Shown one piece after another: positions 25,381 through 39,019 of a DNA stretch of 51,073 nucleotides. Below the pieces are notes generated by a model. The model ran no database searches, was not told the DNA's origin, and saw nothing but the letters and a program-made list of their open reading frames with translations. The DNA comes from Dirinaria sp. TL-2023a (Eukaryota): NCBI GenBank assembly GCA_051941275.1, contig JAVEBF010000021.1, forward strand, positions 1-51,073, in the 5' to 3' direction. Made by a program: the position numbers and the translations under genes. Positions within the stretch are counted from its first letter, which is position 1. Each line of letters begins with the position of its first letter.

Positions 25381-26347
25381 TTACCTAAACCACCAATTGA
25401 CCTAAGATGACTTAGCAATGGCTGAGCGACCAAGAACAACTCAAGTTGGCACTCACTGAGCCCGTAACGCCTAAACCGATACCTTTGATGGAATGCCACC
25501 ACCCTTTCGGAATGAATAGTCCGTCTCCACCAGATAAGTGTGCTTCATGACCGACGAAACTCGCCTCGCAATCCGGGGCAGGGTCACTCCAAATCGCAGC
25601 TTCAAGTAAGGCTTTTTCATTACCCTTCATCATTTCGTCTCCTCGAATCATCGCAGAATTTGATGTTCCCAGCACTGTTTGAACGCTGCAGAAGATCTCG
25701 TGTCCCACGTCTGGTGGTAAAAGTCGAACCACCTTCTGCCCTGCTAACTGAACGAACAGGTTGGGATTTGGATCTCGATGTAATGGTGTATATGTGGGAG
25801 GACAACCCAGCCATATACTCGTATCATACACATCGCCTCGCCCGGCTTCTGATACGAGACTGGGTGTAGGTAGGTCATCTCTCAGAATCTTGGGGAGAAC
25901 TTGGAACGAAGCTTGTGCAACGTAGATACGCTCTTTGTCTTCGACTGTAGCATTTGATGCCCAATGCAGAAAACCCTTCAGAGGAGCTTCGACACGTTGA
26001 AAACACTCCTCGTTTTCTCCAGGGGTATAGCAATCCGAAGAGCGTGAAAACTCCAAGGGAACGATAGCGGCACCAAATCTGTTCATATAATGTCCATTGA
26101 AGCGAGTCTGCCCATTACACTCCTGGATCGGGGGACTCTGAAACCATTTACGAATAGCCGGCAATTGATTGAAGTATCCGAAGGGCATGAGCGCTGGCAC
26201 CGCTGGCGCAAAAGCTTCCTCACGAAAGCGGTGCGTATTTCCATCCCGCAGTCTACCCAACGGTTGCCACCGGAGATAGGTGGATATCGAAACATCACGT
26301 TTCCTTATGCCATGGAAGAGCCGGGGGCCAAGCTTCCCGGCAAACAT
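25381..26347 (-). CDS. JmjC / cupin-like 8 domain 2-oxoglutarate Fe(II) dioxygenase
   Basis: YVAQ, IWLG...TPLHRDPNPNLFVQLAGQKVVRL, GDGLFIPKGWWHSIK (HxD...H); short terminal exon VNWWFR, TAA at 25383-25381, after an intron; Arg-rich N-terminus resembles a mitochondrial presequence. Confidence 0.9.
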
Positions 26348-27021
26348 TCATCAGGATACGAATAGAATTTCAGCGGGTGGAAATTCTCTTCCCAAGGGAG
26401 ACAAGGTCTGCAGCAGGACAGCCTACGGGGCTGGCAGTACGGAATATTTTACGTGAGCGTTCTCACCTTTGCATGCGACAGCCGAGGCTGAACACTTAAG
26501 CTCTTGCGTTAAGGAGGCTCGGAGTCGGAGGTAAGGTAGCTCGCTGTACCTAGGAGCTTGGCACATTAGTTCATACCTTAAGGTAGTCTGAGGTTGCAAA
26601 CCTCCCTATCATTGGGTACGGCCCGAGTCGCCCAAATAGCCACTTGCAGTAATTGCGACGAAGGCCTAATTAATAGAGCTAAGGTACGGAGTACACCTAG
26701 TGACGACTGACGACGCTATGATCGCATGCTCGGCTAAGAGAGATGGTCCTCGGGCATGCTCGCTCTTACTTTTATATAACTCAAGGTAAAGTAAGTGTCT
26801 ACTGGTGATCGATGCAATTGCTTCGGATGAGAACCCGCCTCTTAGGATGACTGATAAATAAATCTTTCCGCACCCTTTCTGTCAAAGAGGCTCATATGAT
26901 TCATATCCGTGAAAAACCCCGTCGCAATCCATATCTCCTAATAATTTTTACTTAAATTTCACCTTCTTGGCTCTTTCCCCGCTCCAAAACCGGCGATTAT
27001 CGACAATTCTCTGACCAAACC

Positions 27022-29136
27022 ATGGCAGGCCGGGGGGGCTCTATAAGGGTTGTCAATGGCTACGGCAAAGATGCTTACACTTACTGTCCTGTCATCATCG
27101 TTGGGGCGGGCGAGTCGGGTATCGCTATGGGATGTCAGCTGAAGGAGCAGCTAAATTTCGACCAATTTCGTATCTATGAGCGACAGTCCGGTTTGGGAGG
27201 TACTTGGTGGATTAATCGTTATCCAGGTGTTGCTTGTGATATGTTAGTCGTACCTTTCACTTGCTGTGGAATACCTGCACGAATAGCCTGGTCCGACGTG
27301 CTTCGCTCTCACGACTTGACAGGTTGACGGCAGACCCCAATTGAGCGCCTCCGTCGCCGTTTGTCACCCAGTTCCCAGACAACACAGTGCTTCCTCGTCT
27401 TTTCTCATCATTACGTCCTTTCCCATGCTAACGCCATTTCATACATAGCCCAGCGATTTTCTACTCCTTCTCGTTTGCGCCTAATTACCGATGGTCTACG
27501 TTCCATCCACCTGGTAGGGAAATTGTTCAGTATTTCCAAGATGTGTGCGCCGAGTACGGGATCGTTGATAAAATACAATTAAATACCGAAGTGGCCGAGC
27601 TACGATACCTTAAGGACGAAGGATTATGGGAGGCCAAATTACTACATTTAGCTGAAAGCGCAGGAGATTTAACAAGCCAGCAACGACAGCAAAAGATTAA
27701 CCAGAAAGGTAGGGAAAATGTGATTTTGCGAGAAGAAAGGGTAAAGGCAAAGATTGTTTGCAGCGCTGCTGGCGGTCTTGTAGAGCCAAATACATGGCCC
27801 AAATCTATCCCAGGCATCGAGACATTCGAAGGCGATATACTGCATTCTGCTCGGTGGGATGATAATGTCAATTTTGCCGGAAAGAACGTCATTGTTGTCG
27901 GGACTGGTTGCAGCGCAGCTCAGCTTGTACCCAAATTGCCAGAGGCACCATATAACGCCAAGTCTGTCACTCAGCTGATGCGATCACCCCCTTGGGTAGT
28001 TCCTAAACCACAGCCTCCGTTTGGTGCGAGGAAATGGGAGAAACACACCCCAGCTTTGTTCACCATGATCCCTGGCCTTGGTCGCATTTTTCGGACTCTT
28101 CTCTTTTTTTTTGCCGAATACGACTTCTTTCAAATATTCCTACAGACGCCTATGGCAGTGCAAGGCCGAAAGAAAATTGAAAGCCAACTGATTGATCACA
28201 TGAAGCGAACAGTCCCTGAGAAGTACCATGAAATACTTACACCTGACTATGGAGTGGGCTGCAAGCGCCGAATATTTGACGAGACCTGGTTTCCAAGCCT
28301 TCAGAACCCTGCAATTGAGCTGACAACGTTACCTCTCGCCAGTATTCAGCCCCGAGGTGTAACTTTAGGACCAGGCCGCACGTATCCCCACCCGGAAAAT
28401 GAGAGTAGCAAGACTCCAACCATCGAAAGAATGATACCCGCGGATATCATTGTCCTAGCCAATGGTTTTAATGTCGCTACTTGGCTTCACCCGTTGAAAA
28501 TATACGGCAAAGACGGACGTTCAATGCACGATGTATGGGCTGAGAGGGGTGGCCCGCAGGCTTATATGGGCACTGCCATGGATGACTATCCTAATCTTTT
28601 TATCATCTTTGGTCCGAACACGGCTACGGGACACTCGTCAGTCATCCTAGCGAGCGAGAATATGGTCAATTACAGCATCCATTTCATAAAGCGGATATTG
28701 AAGGGTGACGTCCAGGCAGTCGAAATCAAGAAAGAGGCCGAGATCAAATGGACACGGAGGATGCAGGATAATTTGAAAGATACCGTCTGGATGAGCGGGG
28801 GGACCAGCTGGTATAAGGACGAGAACGATTGGAATGGGACTGTTTACCCGTAAGCTTCATCGATTTTTGGGTTCGAAGGTAGCTGACCTTTCTCATAGCT
28901 TCTCGCAGATCGACTACTCACTCAGATGCATGTTTCCGAAGTGGAGCGACTGGGACATCGAATACACACGGCAGGGGATCGTCAAGAAGCGTATACGACG
29001 AGCTCTAAGCTTCATTGCTTTCGTTGCAGGCATTGTAGGTTCGTATCAGATCTGGAAGGGCCCAGAAACCGTCAAATTTTTGCTCAGCTTGCTTCAGCAA
29101 CGGCTAGGCACCCTCTTTTCTCGAATTGCTAGATAG
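27022..29136 (+). CDS. Flavin-binding monooxygenase (Baeyer-Villiger type)
   Basis: VGAGESG, GGTWWINRYPGVACDIP, BVMO fingerprint FEGDILHSARWD, VGTGCSA, GCKRRI, ANGF; introns 27243-27448 and approx. 28850-28898; hydrophobic C-terminal segment. Confidence 0.93.
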
Positions 29137-29415
29137 GGTTGCGGGATCGTGACTTCCAGCTGGGCTCGAGCCTGTCAGTTGGGTATGCAGAGTCACAAGT
29201 GGGTATATAATGGCAGCTTTAGATAACCTGGTAAGGGGTATCCAAAAAAATAATAGTCGTAATGATCCACCCTTAGCTTTCTCACGTGTTATCTATCTCA
29301 TTGTGCTCTAAACTAGCAGGTGATTTACCTTATTCAGCCTTGGAGCGGAAAAAGTCAAGCCCACAGCGGAACGTGCCCGCTTGTTTCCCAGAGCTTGTTG
29401 CAAGTACCTATCGCG

Positions 29416-31871
29416 ATGGACTCCCGTCCACAGCATTTCGGAGCGGAGACTCCTAGTGATAATAACGTTCATCGTGGTAAGAGGAAAGCTGACAATGGCA
29501 CTCCAATACAAACGAGGGCCAAGCGCAATCGCTACATTTCAATCGCATGGTATATGCATCCATCAGTTCAGTCGCACCAGTCCATATCGCTAACATGGCA
29601 AAATATCAGCAATGAATGCAAGCGACGAAAGATCAAGTGCAATGGTGAGACGCCGTGTCAGCGCTGCGGAAACCTTTCGTTAGACTGCATATATGCCCCC
29701 AACTGCTGTACTGGTGGCTTTAGAGATTCTGAGTGGGTGAATATCCCCTCCACCAACAACCCTTGTATTGACAGTATTGATAGAGAGTTTCGCTCCGTAA
29801 ACGCTAGCCTTCACTCTCTGCAGGAGCAAGTTGACAATCTATATGCGCAACTCAGCGCGTTGCGGGGCGGACAGGACCATGGGGGCATCGTACACCAAAG
29901 CACTAGCTCATACCCAATCCACCCCTCACTCGAACAAGAGAACTCCCGAAACGTTTTTCAGCGTGTACGGTCGCCTTTGCATCAGGGGCCAAGGCATGCG
30001 CAATTCCAAGGCCCAACCAGCTCCGCCTATGGCTTCGAGGTTGCGAATTCCAGCCTGCAGACAATGGGCATTACGCAACCGGACGAGGCGGATGAGCATG
30101 CTGCTGCCTTAGATAAGGACCTTTCGGTTCCAGCGAGCCAGAATCAAGAGCTTCCCGCTTCGATGACCATGCACCCAGATAAAGACCCATTATGGAGTTT
30201 TAGTAAAGACGAAGCAGTCAGGTTGTGCAGGGTTTATCACGACGAGATGGGCATTATGTATCCCATTGTCAATATCGAAGAAACCATCAGTAGGACCAAG
30301 TTCCTCTTTACGTTCACGGAGTCTGCTGCGCGGACAGGCCTGATTAGCTTTCAAAAGCCTGGTCCTGACGCCCTCGGAAGCGATGATAACAATATTCTAA
30401 AAATGGTCCTTGCAACAGCTTTGACGGTTGAAGGAAATGGTGAGAGTCAGCTCGGCAAAAGGCTCTTCCATAGCGTCAAAGATAGCTCGCAAAACCGTTT
30501 GTGGTCATCCGTCGAGTTGAAAGGTCTCACTTTGCTGGTTATCATTGTATGTTCGAAGAGTGTGCTTGCTCGGTGCATATGCTCACAGCTGACAGGCACA
30601 ATATCACTTCCACAGTGACGACGAGCTTCAAGCGTATAGGATAATTGGGCTCGCTGCAAGACTTTGTCTTGAGATGGGCTTTCACCGTCGGGAAATGCTC
30701 GTTAAAACGCTTATGAGCGAAGAAGAGCGGTCGCATGCTACAAAACTATTTTGGTCCATCTATGTCCTTGATCGAAGATGGAGCTTTGGGACGGGCATGC
30801 CTTTCGTTATGCAAGACACAGATATCGATCCTCAGATACCGGAACCAGTAAGTGCAAGTCTCCAACTACGCAATTGTAGCTGCTAAAAGTTATTAGGACG
30901 ATAGGACTCCCTATCTTACGGCGATGATCCCGTACACAAGGCTCTCAGCTAAAGTCTGGTACGCTGTAATCGACCTTGAAGGCAATCGTACGGAGACGAA
31001 CAAAGACACTATAGGCTATTTGGACTATCAGATAGTGCAGTGGCACAGATCTTTACCACAGACGCTAAGATACAACAACTCCTATGACGATGCAGGCGCT
31101 AAATCATTCGACAAGAATCAACGGCGGCTGCAGATCGTGCTGTATCTGCGAGCAAACCAGATGCGAATGCTCTTATATCGGCCTATTCTACATTCGGTGA
31201 CCAGTATCATGGAGAACCATAGCCATGCTCAGACTGCGGTCGGTATTGCCAAGGACACCGTCAGGGCTTTGACCAGCCTTAACCAGAATTCAGATATCTA
31301 CCGCACGCAACAGGTCTGCTTCAATCATTTCATTGTCTCGGCGCTTGCAGTCATCTTCCTCGCTGTCGCTCATGCCCCCGTGGACTTCAGTCGACAGGTG
31401 CGGGACGAATTCTATATGGCTTTGGAGCTAGTCAAAGGCTTCAGCACCAAGTCCTACGTATCGAAACGTCTTTGGAAGACAATCAAGGGTCTGAAGGAAA
31501 TAGGGCCGAAGCTCGGCCTCGTTTCTCGGCAAACGTTGACAGACGGCAGCGACCCTCACTCTTCGGCGGCGGTAGCCATGGCAGGCCTCGCTGGACACCG
31601 CGTCGATGAGATGGCAGCCTTCAATCCCTCCCAAGGGTCCGGTCTGCTTGGTAGCGCGCCTGTGGACGGGCAACAGATGAGCTTGGAACTGACCAATCTT
31701 TTTGAGGCTTCAGGAGGGTATGGGAACATGATGGCGTCAAATGCGCCCGGATGTGGGGGCACGAATGGGATCGATAGCAGGACAGGAGACACAGCGGCGG
31801 AAGATGAGGCTATGGGTGCGGTATATGGGCAGGACGGAGACTTCGCAAAGCTCATACATGAGCTCTTCTGA
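29416..31871 (+). CDS. Zn(II)2Cys6 transcription factor with fungal-specific TF domain
   Basis: IAC/NECKRRKIKCNGETPCQRCGNLSLDCIY; GLAARLCLEMGFHRR, LFWSIYVLDRRWSFGTGMP; four introns (approx. 29550-29609, 29732-29783, 30547-30594, 30848-30896). Confidence 0.92.
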
Positions 31872-32900
31872 TGATGGATTTATTTTTTGTGTAGGAATCT
31901 GCTGCAGTCATATATGGATTAGTCTAGTAATGATCAATTTCTAGTACCTGACTAGTTAGTAATGATATGCATGACCAGCACCGGAGTCCCGCCCCAGATG
32001 TCTTGATAGCGAAGCAAGTCAAGAGTGTTACTGTTTGATTTCAGATAGTCATGGTGATAGTAGCAATAGAAGGACACGGGAATGCTGTAGCATGATGTAG
32101 CTCACAACGAGGTCAAACGAAGAGTACCTTAAGTACGAGTTACTAAGTACATCTACTAGCCCTTCTTCCCCCCCACTAGCGCTCCTTCCTGCGCCTCATT
32201 TCACATTTCCGGCCCGCATAAGGTAGAGATTACCATTTCCCACCCACGTGCCCCAAATAAATCGAAAGTCGCTTCTTGGAGTCACCCATCATTGTAAGCC
32301 GCCTTGACCACTGTATTTAAGTCGATAATATCGGGGACACGAATTATCTGGATGATTCGGCGCAGTAAGCTCCTTCAGTGGCACTCTCCCGCAAGTCCCG
32401 GTTCAGCGCTGTACAAGTACTGTACACCCACGAGCTGACAACCACTTGGTGTAGAACGCTCGCTCTAGCTACACATAACACTGTCCGTCGAACGATAGCC
32501 TGACTCGATCAGTGTCACGGGCCCTAGAATGCGCCAATAATGCTTTTCAGCGGCGTTACGGCTCTCGTCTCCAACGCCCTGCTTATTCCGCCGTATACAC
32601 CACCAGAGTTTGCCCAAAGGACTTCGCCTCCACTCTGTCGCCGAGTGTATAGACGCTAGCGAGAATTCCAACGTAGCATCACTATCACAGCGGTGGTGAT
32701 TGGTGTCCGGTAGCGGCTTGACCGAGCATATTTATAAGAGTTGTTCGAGCCCCAACGCTTCGGCTAGAACCTACAGTATAGATTACACCGCGTCCGCCGC
32801 CAAGGTGGACTCTTCCCTTCTCGCACACCTTGAGGATCTGAACCTCGCCCCAACAGGGGACTCGTCGTCCACGATCTCAGCGAATCCGACGACCTCCAAC

Positions 32901-34091
32901 ATGTCCACTTCCTCAGGCACCCCGGAATCCTGGATTTCCTCCTTTTGTTCACTGCTTGGCCACGAATACTTCGCCGAGGTGTCGGAAGACTTTATTGAAG
33001 ATGATTTCAATCTTACAGGGTTGCAGAGTCAGGTCCCCATGTATAAGGAAGCGCTGGAGATGATATTAGACGTTGAGCCGGAAGATGATGAGGACGAAGA
33101 GGACGATGATGAGGACGATGACGACAACGATGTTACAATGAGAGATGAGAACGGCGAAAGGCTACCCGCCACCTACAGACGAATGAACGATCGGCGGCAC
33201 ATGCGGCTGCCCAACGACCTTGGTGTGATAGAAAGCTCGGCGGAGCTTCTTTACGGACTGATACACCAGCGCTATATCACCTCACGTCCTGGCATACAAC
33301 AGATGGCAGACAAATACGAATTACAGCATTTTGGGAGCTGTCCTCGAGTGTTCTGCAATAGCGCTCGCGTTTTACCAGTAGGGACAAATGATATTCCGGG
33401 TCAAGAGACGGTCAAACTCTTCTGTCCGAGTTGCCTTGACGTCTACGTCCCCCCAAACAGCCGCTTTCAGTCTGTTGACGGCGCGTTCTTCGGCACGACT
33501 TTTGGATGCCTCTTCTTCATGACCTTTCCCGAGTTCGACGTATCCGCCAAAGGTGACCCACTGGGTCTTTCTTCAACACACCCGGTATTCGGCATTCCTC
33601 CTGGTGGCGCCCCTCCGGCCGAAACAAGCAAATCCGCCTCGTCGTCTTTGACCTCTACACCGCTACATCCAACCGCCAAACCAGACCTGGTACCCGAGAT
33701 TACCGCCCCGCCACCCAATCAACCCAGCACCATCAATGGTATAACAACTTCAAATCTTGCCCCGGGGCTGGGCGCAGGTAAGACTCACGAGCCGCGCATC
33801 TATGGCTTCCGTGTATCAGAACGATCGAAGACCGGACCTCGGATGAAGTGGCTACGGATGCGGCCCGTAGACATGAACGAGTTAAATGAGAGCGCAGCAT
33901 GGCATGAGCTGTATGGTGGGGAAAGCGACGATGATGGGGGTACGGAAGGGCCCAACGGCTCGATGACGTACGAGCAGCAGCAGATAGCACGGAGGAAAAA
34001 GGCTCCAGTGCGATCGAGAAGAAGACCGGTCCAAGGGGCTGGAGGTGGAGGGGAGGATGTAGGGATGAATGGGGTTGTAGAGGTGGGGTGA
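32901..34091 (+). CDS. CKB1: Casein kinase II regulatory subunit beta-1
   Basis: WISSFCSLLGHEYFAEVSEDFIEDDFNLTGL, acidic loop, LYGLIHQRYI, zinc finger CPRVFC...KLFCPSCLDVY, VDGAFFGTTF, PRIYGF. Confidence 0.95.
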   Translation: MSTSSGTPESWISSFCSLLGHEYFAEVSEDFIEDDFNLTGLQSQVPMYKEALEMILDVEPEDDEDEEDDDEDDDDNDVTMRDENGERLPATYRRMNDRRHMRLPNDLGVIESSAELLYGLIHQRYITSRPGIQQMADKYELQHFGSCPRVFCNSARVLPVGTNDIPGQETVKLFCPSCLDVYVPPNSRFQSVDGAFFGTTFGCLFFMTFPEFDVSAKGDPLGLSSTHPVFGIPPGGAPPAETSKSASSSLTSTPLHPTAKPDLVPEITAPPPNQPSTINGITTSNLAPGLGAGKTHEPRIYGFRVSERSKTGPRMKWLRMRPVDMNELNESAAWHELYGGESDDDGGTEGPNGSMTYEQQQIARRKKAPVRSRRRPVQGAGGGGEDVGMNGVVEVG

Positions 34092-34847
34092 TCATGCGTG
34101 GCGGGTGTCCGATACGACTTGCAGGCACACCCTACTTGAGAGATGCGGAATACTGTGTTAGCACTAGGTTATCAAGGGCTGCTTGGAGCGTGATGTCCGT
34201 CACTTTTAATCCTTGGTACCTCTTTTACCCCCTTGGTAACATAAGGCGGCTAGCATTTTCTTTCCTCCCTGACAATCTAGTATTTTCTGGTATATTTCAA
34301 GACCGCTCAAGAATCTTTTCTTGATGGTGGTGAGCGGTGAGGTGCACCTCTCACTTGAGCGATCACTTCACTCTACAGTGCTCACTTCTCTAAGACGGAG
34401 TTTCTGTCTGCTCCTGGAGTATTGAGAGAAGTTTATCCACTACGCGAACCCCAAAAACTCTCCCACAGGCGCCTCATGATCATCTGGCCTACGACGGCAA
34501 GTGCAAGCTTAGAATCTTACGAAACAAAACTTCTTCGGCGGATGATTATAACAAAACCATTATTACTCTGCTAGATATATCCACATACTGTCATGAGGGC
34601 AAAGTGCTGCAATGCTCGCCGAAACGCCTCGCTATTGCTAAAGTTTCAAGGAATCCTCCAAAGGACGAATACTGCAGGACGATGATAGCCAAAAAGAGTG
34701 AAGAAGCAGTATGGGCAACAGAATCGGAAAAGCTCACGCTATGCGAATTTAATGAAGAAATATACACGAACGCTACTTCCACCACGGTGACGTGCCTCTC
34801 CCAAGACCCCACTAAGCAGAGACCAAGCTCCTTCTCTTCACCAATCC

Positions 34848-37800
34848 TCAAAACATGCTGCTGTTCTGCCTCGAGCTTGCAGCGCTGCTGCCACTTTCGC
34901 TGCCCTGGCTGGAGAAGCCACCGCCCGTGATGGGGCTATCCCCTGCACCGACAACAACCTGCTCTCTGATCTTCATGATCCATGCGCATTGCAACAGCTC
35001 AGCAGCACTTGCCCGCCTTCGCGGGTCTTTCTCAAAGCATCTGCGTAGAAAGTCGATACCCTCGGCGCTTAATTGATCGCGGCTGGGCAGCTGCGGTGGG
35101 TTTCCCTGGGCAATGTTATACATGATTGCCCACTCATTGTCCAAACTTGCCCATGGGCGACGACCGGTTGCCATTTCGAGGATCACGCAGCCAAGAGACC
35201 AAACATCGATAGCGCCTTGCCGGCCTTCATTCGTGCCTTTGATGACCTCGGGAGACATGTACATGGGCGTGCCCGTCATAGATTTCTGTTTGCCTGGAAG
35301 GCGAGTGGTAGGGTCGGCAAGATGATGGTTGTCTGGCTGGAGGGTCTTGTTCTGGCGCGCAATGACTTTGGCCGCGCCAAAATCAACGTACTTGATGACG
35401 CCGTTATGATCAAGAAGGATATCTGCAAGGAAAGTAGATTAGTATGTCCTACGGCTGTTTCAGTAGAAGGAAGTAGGGGACGAACTTTCCGGTTTGATGT
35501 CGCGATGGCAAATGCCACTCTGATGAAGATACGCTAATCCCTCCAGCATTTGCAAAGCATAAACTTGAATCACGGTCTCGTCCTCGATGCGCCCATGCTC
35601 AAGCAGACTTGCCAGTGAACCACCAGAACAATATTCCATGAAGATGTAGACTTTGTCCCGGTGAACTTCAATCCCGTAATAAGAAACAATGTTCGGATGA
35701 TCGAGTACTTCAAGAACTGCCTGCTCATCACGGATTTGGCCTGCGACTGTGGGAATGAGTTGCGGGTCTTGAAGTCGGATCTCTTTAACAGCCATGAGAT
35801 AGCCGCTGTCAAGATTTATTGCAGCGTATACCGAACCAAACGTGCCACCACCCACAAATTGACCTTGCTGCCATCTTAGTTGCGCATTGGTAGCTGATGA
35901 CGAGAGAAATGTCAATGACCGATCAGCATCATTGGCGGCTTCTAAGACGCGACCCAAGGGCTGCCGTTCGGCATCCCTTTGCTTTCGAACTTCCTCGATT
36001 GCTTGTAATTGGTTGAGCCATTGCTCTCTAATGAACTCTGATGCCTCGGCATCATCCTTCATCCTTGAGATATCCATCTTGCGAAATTGGCCCGCTAATG
36101 CCTCGACTCGTTGCTTCTCCGCCTGGGCAGCTAATGTCGACCTCGCGCCCATGATATCAAAGTGCGAAATCAACAGTGACATGCACCCAGCTACCTTGGT
36201 CCGCAATCGCGTGAATTCCTCATCGGTGATAGAGAGAATATTTGGACCTCGCGTCATGACCATAGCAAACTCCAGTGCAACCACTGCCCATTTGAAAGTT
36301 TTCCTATCAGATGGTACGCAATCGTCACATATGAAGCTAACCCAATCCAGGCCAAGCCTGGTCAGCTTCAAATTGTTCATCAATCGCCGATTGACATCCA
36401 TGTAGGTGACTGAACGTTTGCCGAACTCAGTAGCAAATGCAAAGCAGGTCTGAATGAGCTCTTGGTTTTGGAAACCTCTTGTTTGCTTTCGGATGATCTC
36501 CACGCTCTCCATAATTGTGTTTGAGAGCTTATAAGCGGTTTTCTTGATCTTACCAAGCTCTATGTTGACTCGTGGAAGATTAGCTCTCATCTCCGTGAGA
36601 ATGTCGAGCTTTTGCCCAATTGTTTGGAAGAATTTTGCCCTTGCATTGATGAGACGTTGCTGTGAGCCATCAGCAACCAGCCGAAGCCGATTGGGTCGTA
36701 TATCCATTGAGGGAGCTCTCATCTCCACCATCATCTGCTTGCTGTCCCAAAACCAGCCTTTGTCAGGTCTCATGATGAGGACGTAAGGGTTCGTAGGGTT
36801 AGGATTCAAGGGATCATCGAAGTCCTCCTCGGCGTGAAACGATGTGCCTAGAATGGCTAAGATATCTCTCGGACGCTCGAACAAGGTGGGTGATGCAATG
36901 AGATAGATACCAATTTGTTCCATACTCGGGACGTTCACGAGCACATGCCCAGATGCCATGAGACCACCAAGCAGCTCTTGCAGCTGTACCATGTCGAACG
37001 CAATGCTAAAATCCGTTGCATTCTCAAAGCGCTGACTCAAAAGCCTTGAAAACCGAAAGAGCTTTCGTTGTCGGACACGCGCGGAATCTAAGATCTGCTT
37101 GTAGCGCTTGTCCATCTCCGCCACGTTTTCTTCCGGTTTTCTTTGCAGCTCTCGCTCAAAGTGCGTTGTCAACCGTTGAAGCGCCTTGGCGGTTAAACCG
37201 CTGAACTGTTCTGCAACTTCGACGTCGCCCCCATCAAGATACCGCCCTATAGAATTTGAGAATTCCCATTCTTGCTCCAAGATTTCGGCTTCTTTGAAAG
37301 TGTTTTTGTTCCCCACCAATTTCGAATTGAGCATTTTGAAGTAGAATTTTAGTGCATCCAAAACCACAAAGTCGAAATTTTCATCTATGCACGGTGGCAG
37401 TTCCCATCCAGGCTCTGGCTGGGATATCACTGTGTATTCCTGCTTGATCCGGACAGCTAGCTTGAGGAGGATCTGAAATTGGGAGATGACCTGTTCGGCC
37501 ATCATGGCCGCTAATTGCGTTGGATCTTTCATTTTCCGAGCATAATTTAGCCGCATACGAATTATCTCCTGTATCAGCCGTGATGGGAAATTGATGAGAG
37601 TAAGTAGCTCTTCAATGTATGGCGGTAGATGTCGTTGTGCAAACGCTGCAGCGTTCTCAATCAACGTCACCTTTGCTTTCCGTATAACCTCAGTCACGCC
37701 AAGGAGCATACTATGATCGCCGTGCAGGGACTTCAGGCCATCATCTTTATGGATCCTTTCGAGGAATGAAGCGTCATCGGTCAAGCCCGCGGCGCTGGGA

Positions 37801-38954
37801 GATCGGGCTCTCGTCTTGGCGAAGTCAAGCGCCTCGTTGCCAACCCAGCCCTGCAAGATAGCAAGCTCGGTATTGATGAGTTCCGTTGTATTGTGCCACG
37901 CAATGACTGCTTCGCAACTATCCTGGAATTCTTTCGAGGCAGCCCTTACATGAGCTTCCAGAAGCGCGCCTCTAGTGGGGTATAGGCTTTCACAGCGCTC
38001 GATCTTTCGCACAACATCTTCAACCTGTCCAGCGGCGGGCTTGCCGACTTCGGTTTCTCCCTTGACTTGAAACGCAATGATTCCCTCTATCTCCGGGTTC
38101 AGACCGGCTCGCCCTTCCTCGACTACCCTCTTCTGAGCAGCCAAACTGCGTCCGCAAACTCTGGCTCGCACACCAACCCAGATTTCATTACTCAAGGCCT
38201 TCTCCCCCTTTTCCTCGGTTGTACCGATTAATCTTTGCTTCTCCTGCTTCACTACGTCTCCCTTCAAAACGGATGCCAGCATAGAGTGCCATTCGAGCCG
38301 CTCTCGATTTTCGGGGACCTGCAGTTCCTCCAATGATGGTTGTATATCATCGTTGTTGTAGAAGAGTTGCGTGTCCTGGTCATAATTATCGTTGTCAAAG
38401 TGAACTTCGGAGGACGGAGATTCCTCATCCGGCTCGGAATCGGTACTGTAGGCTAGGCTAGGGGTGTAGAGATCGTCGTAGTAATCATGATTGGGATCTT
38501 GTCGCAGCTGCTGAATATACGCCTTCTCCTGCGCCCGGTATTGTGCGTTGGGGTCCCGTCTGCGCGAGCTTGAATACGACCTTTGACGATGCTGATGGAG
38601 TGGAATGAAGTGCGACGGTTTCCGAGGCGGGTTGTATGTACTTGACGGGGTCCGCGCTGGTGCCGACGGACGTTGAGGGCGTGGGCTGGCCATCCCATTC
38701 GCTCCTGCTCGAGGGTTCTCATCCTTGGGCTTTGGCTGAATCTGGGAATTCCATAAAGGCTGATTTGAGGAGGAATTCGTCAAAGGTGTAATATTTGAAA
38801 CGGTCGAACCAGGGGTGAATTGCAGCGTGTCATCCGTGTCTTCGTCCTCGTCCTCGTCGAAGCGTGCGCCGTGGCCGGGGTGGTGTAGGGTGACGGCGAG
38901 ATCAGAAGACGCCGAGCCACCAGAATCATTGTGACTTAATTCTGGCCTGTCCAT
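34848..38954 (-). CDS. SSK2: HOG-pathway MAP kinase kinase kinase Ssk2/SskB
   Basis: ERLEWHSMLASVLKGDVVKQEK N-terminal region; kinase GGGTFGSVY, MAVKEI, HRDIKPE/NIL, DFGAAK, MTGTPMYMSPE; intron approx. 35478-35425. Confidence 0.96.
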
Positions 38955-39019
38955 CAGTTTTCGGACCGAGCAGTAGAGAGTCCGTTGGGGGAGTTGCGTG
39001 AGCGGGAGGGGAAGGAGTA

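Noticed and set aside
22998..31871. Secondary-metabolite biosynthetic cluster
   Set aside because: No PKS, NRPS, terpene synthase or other backbone enzyme in the window.
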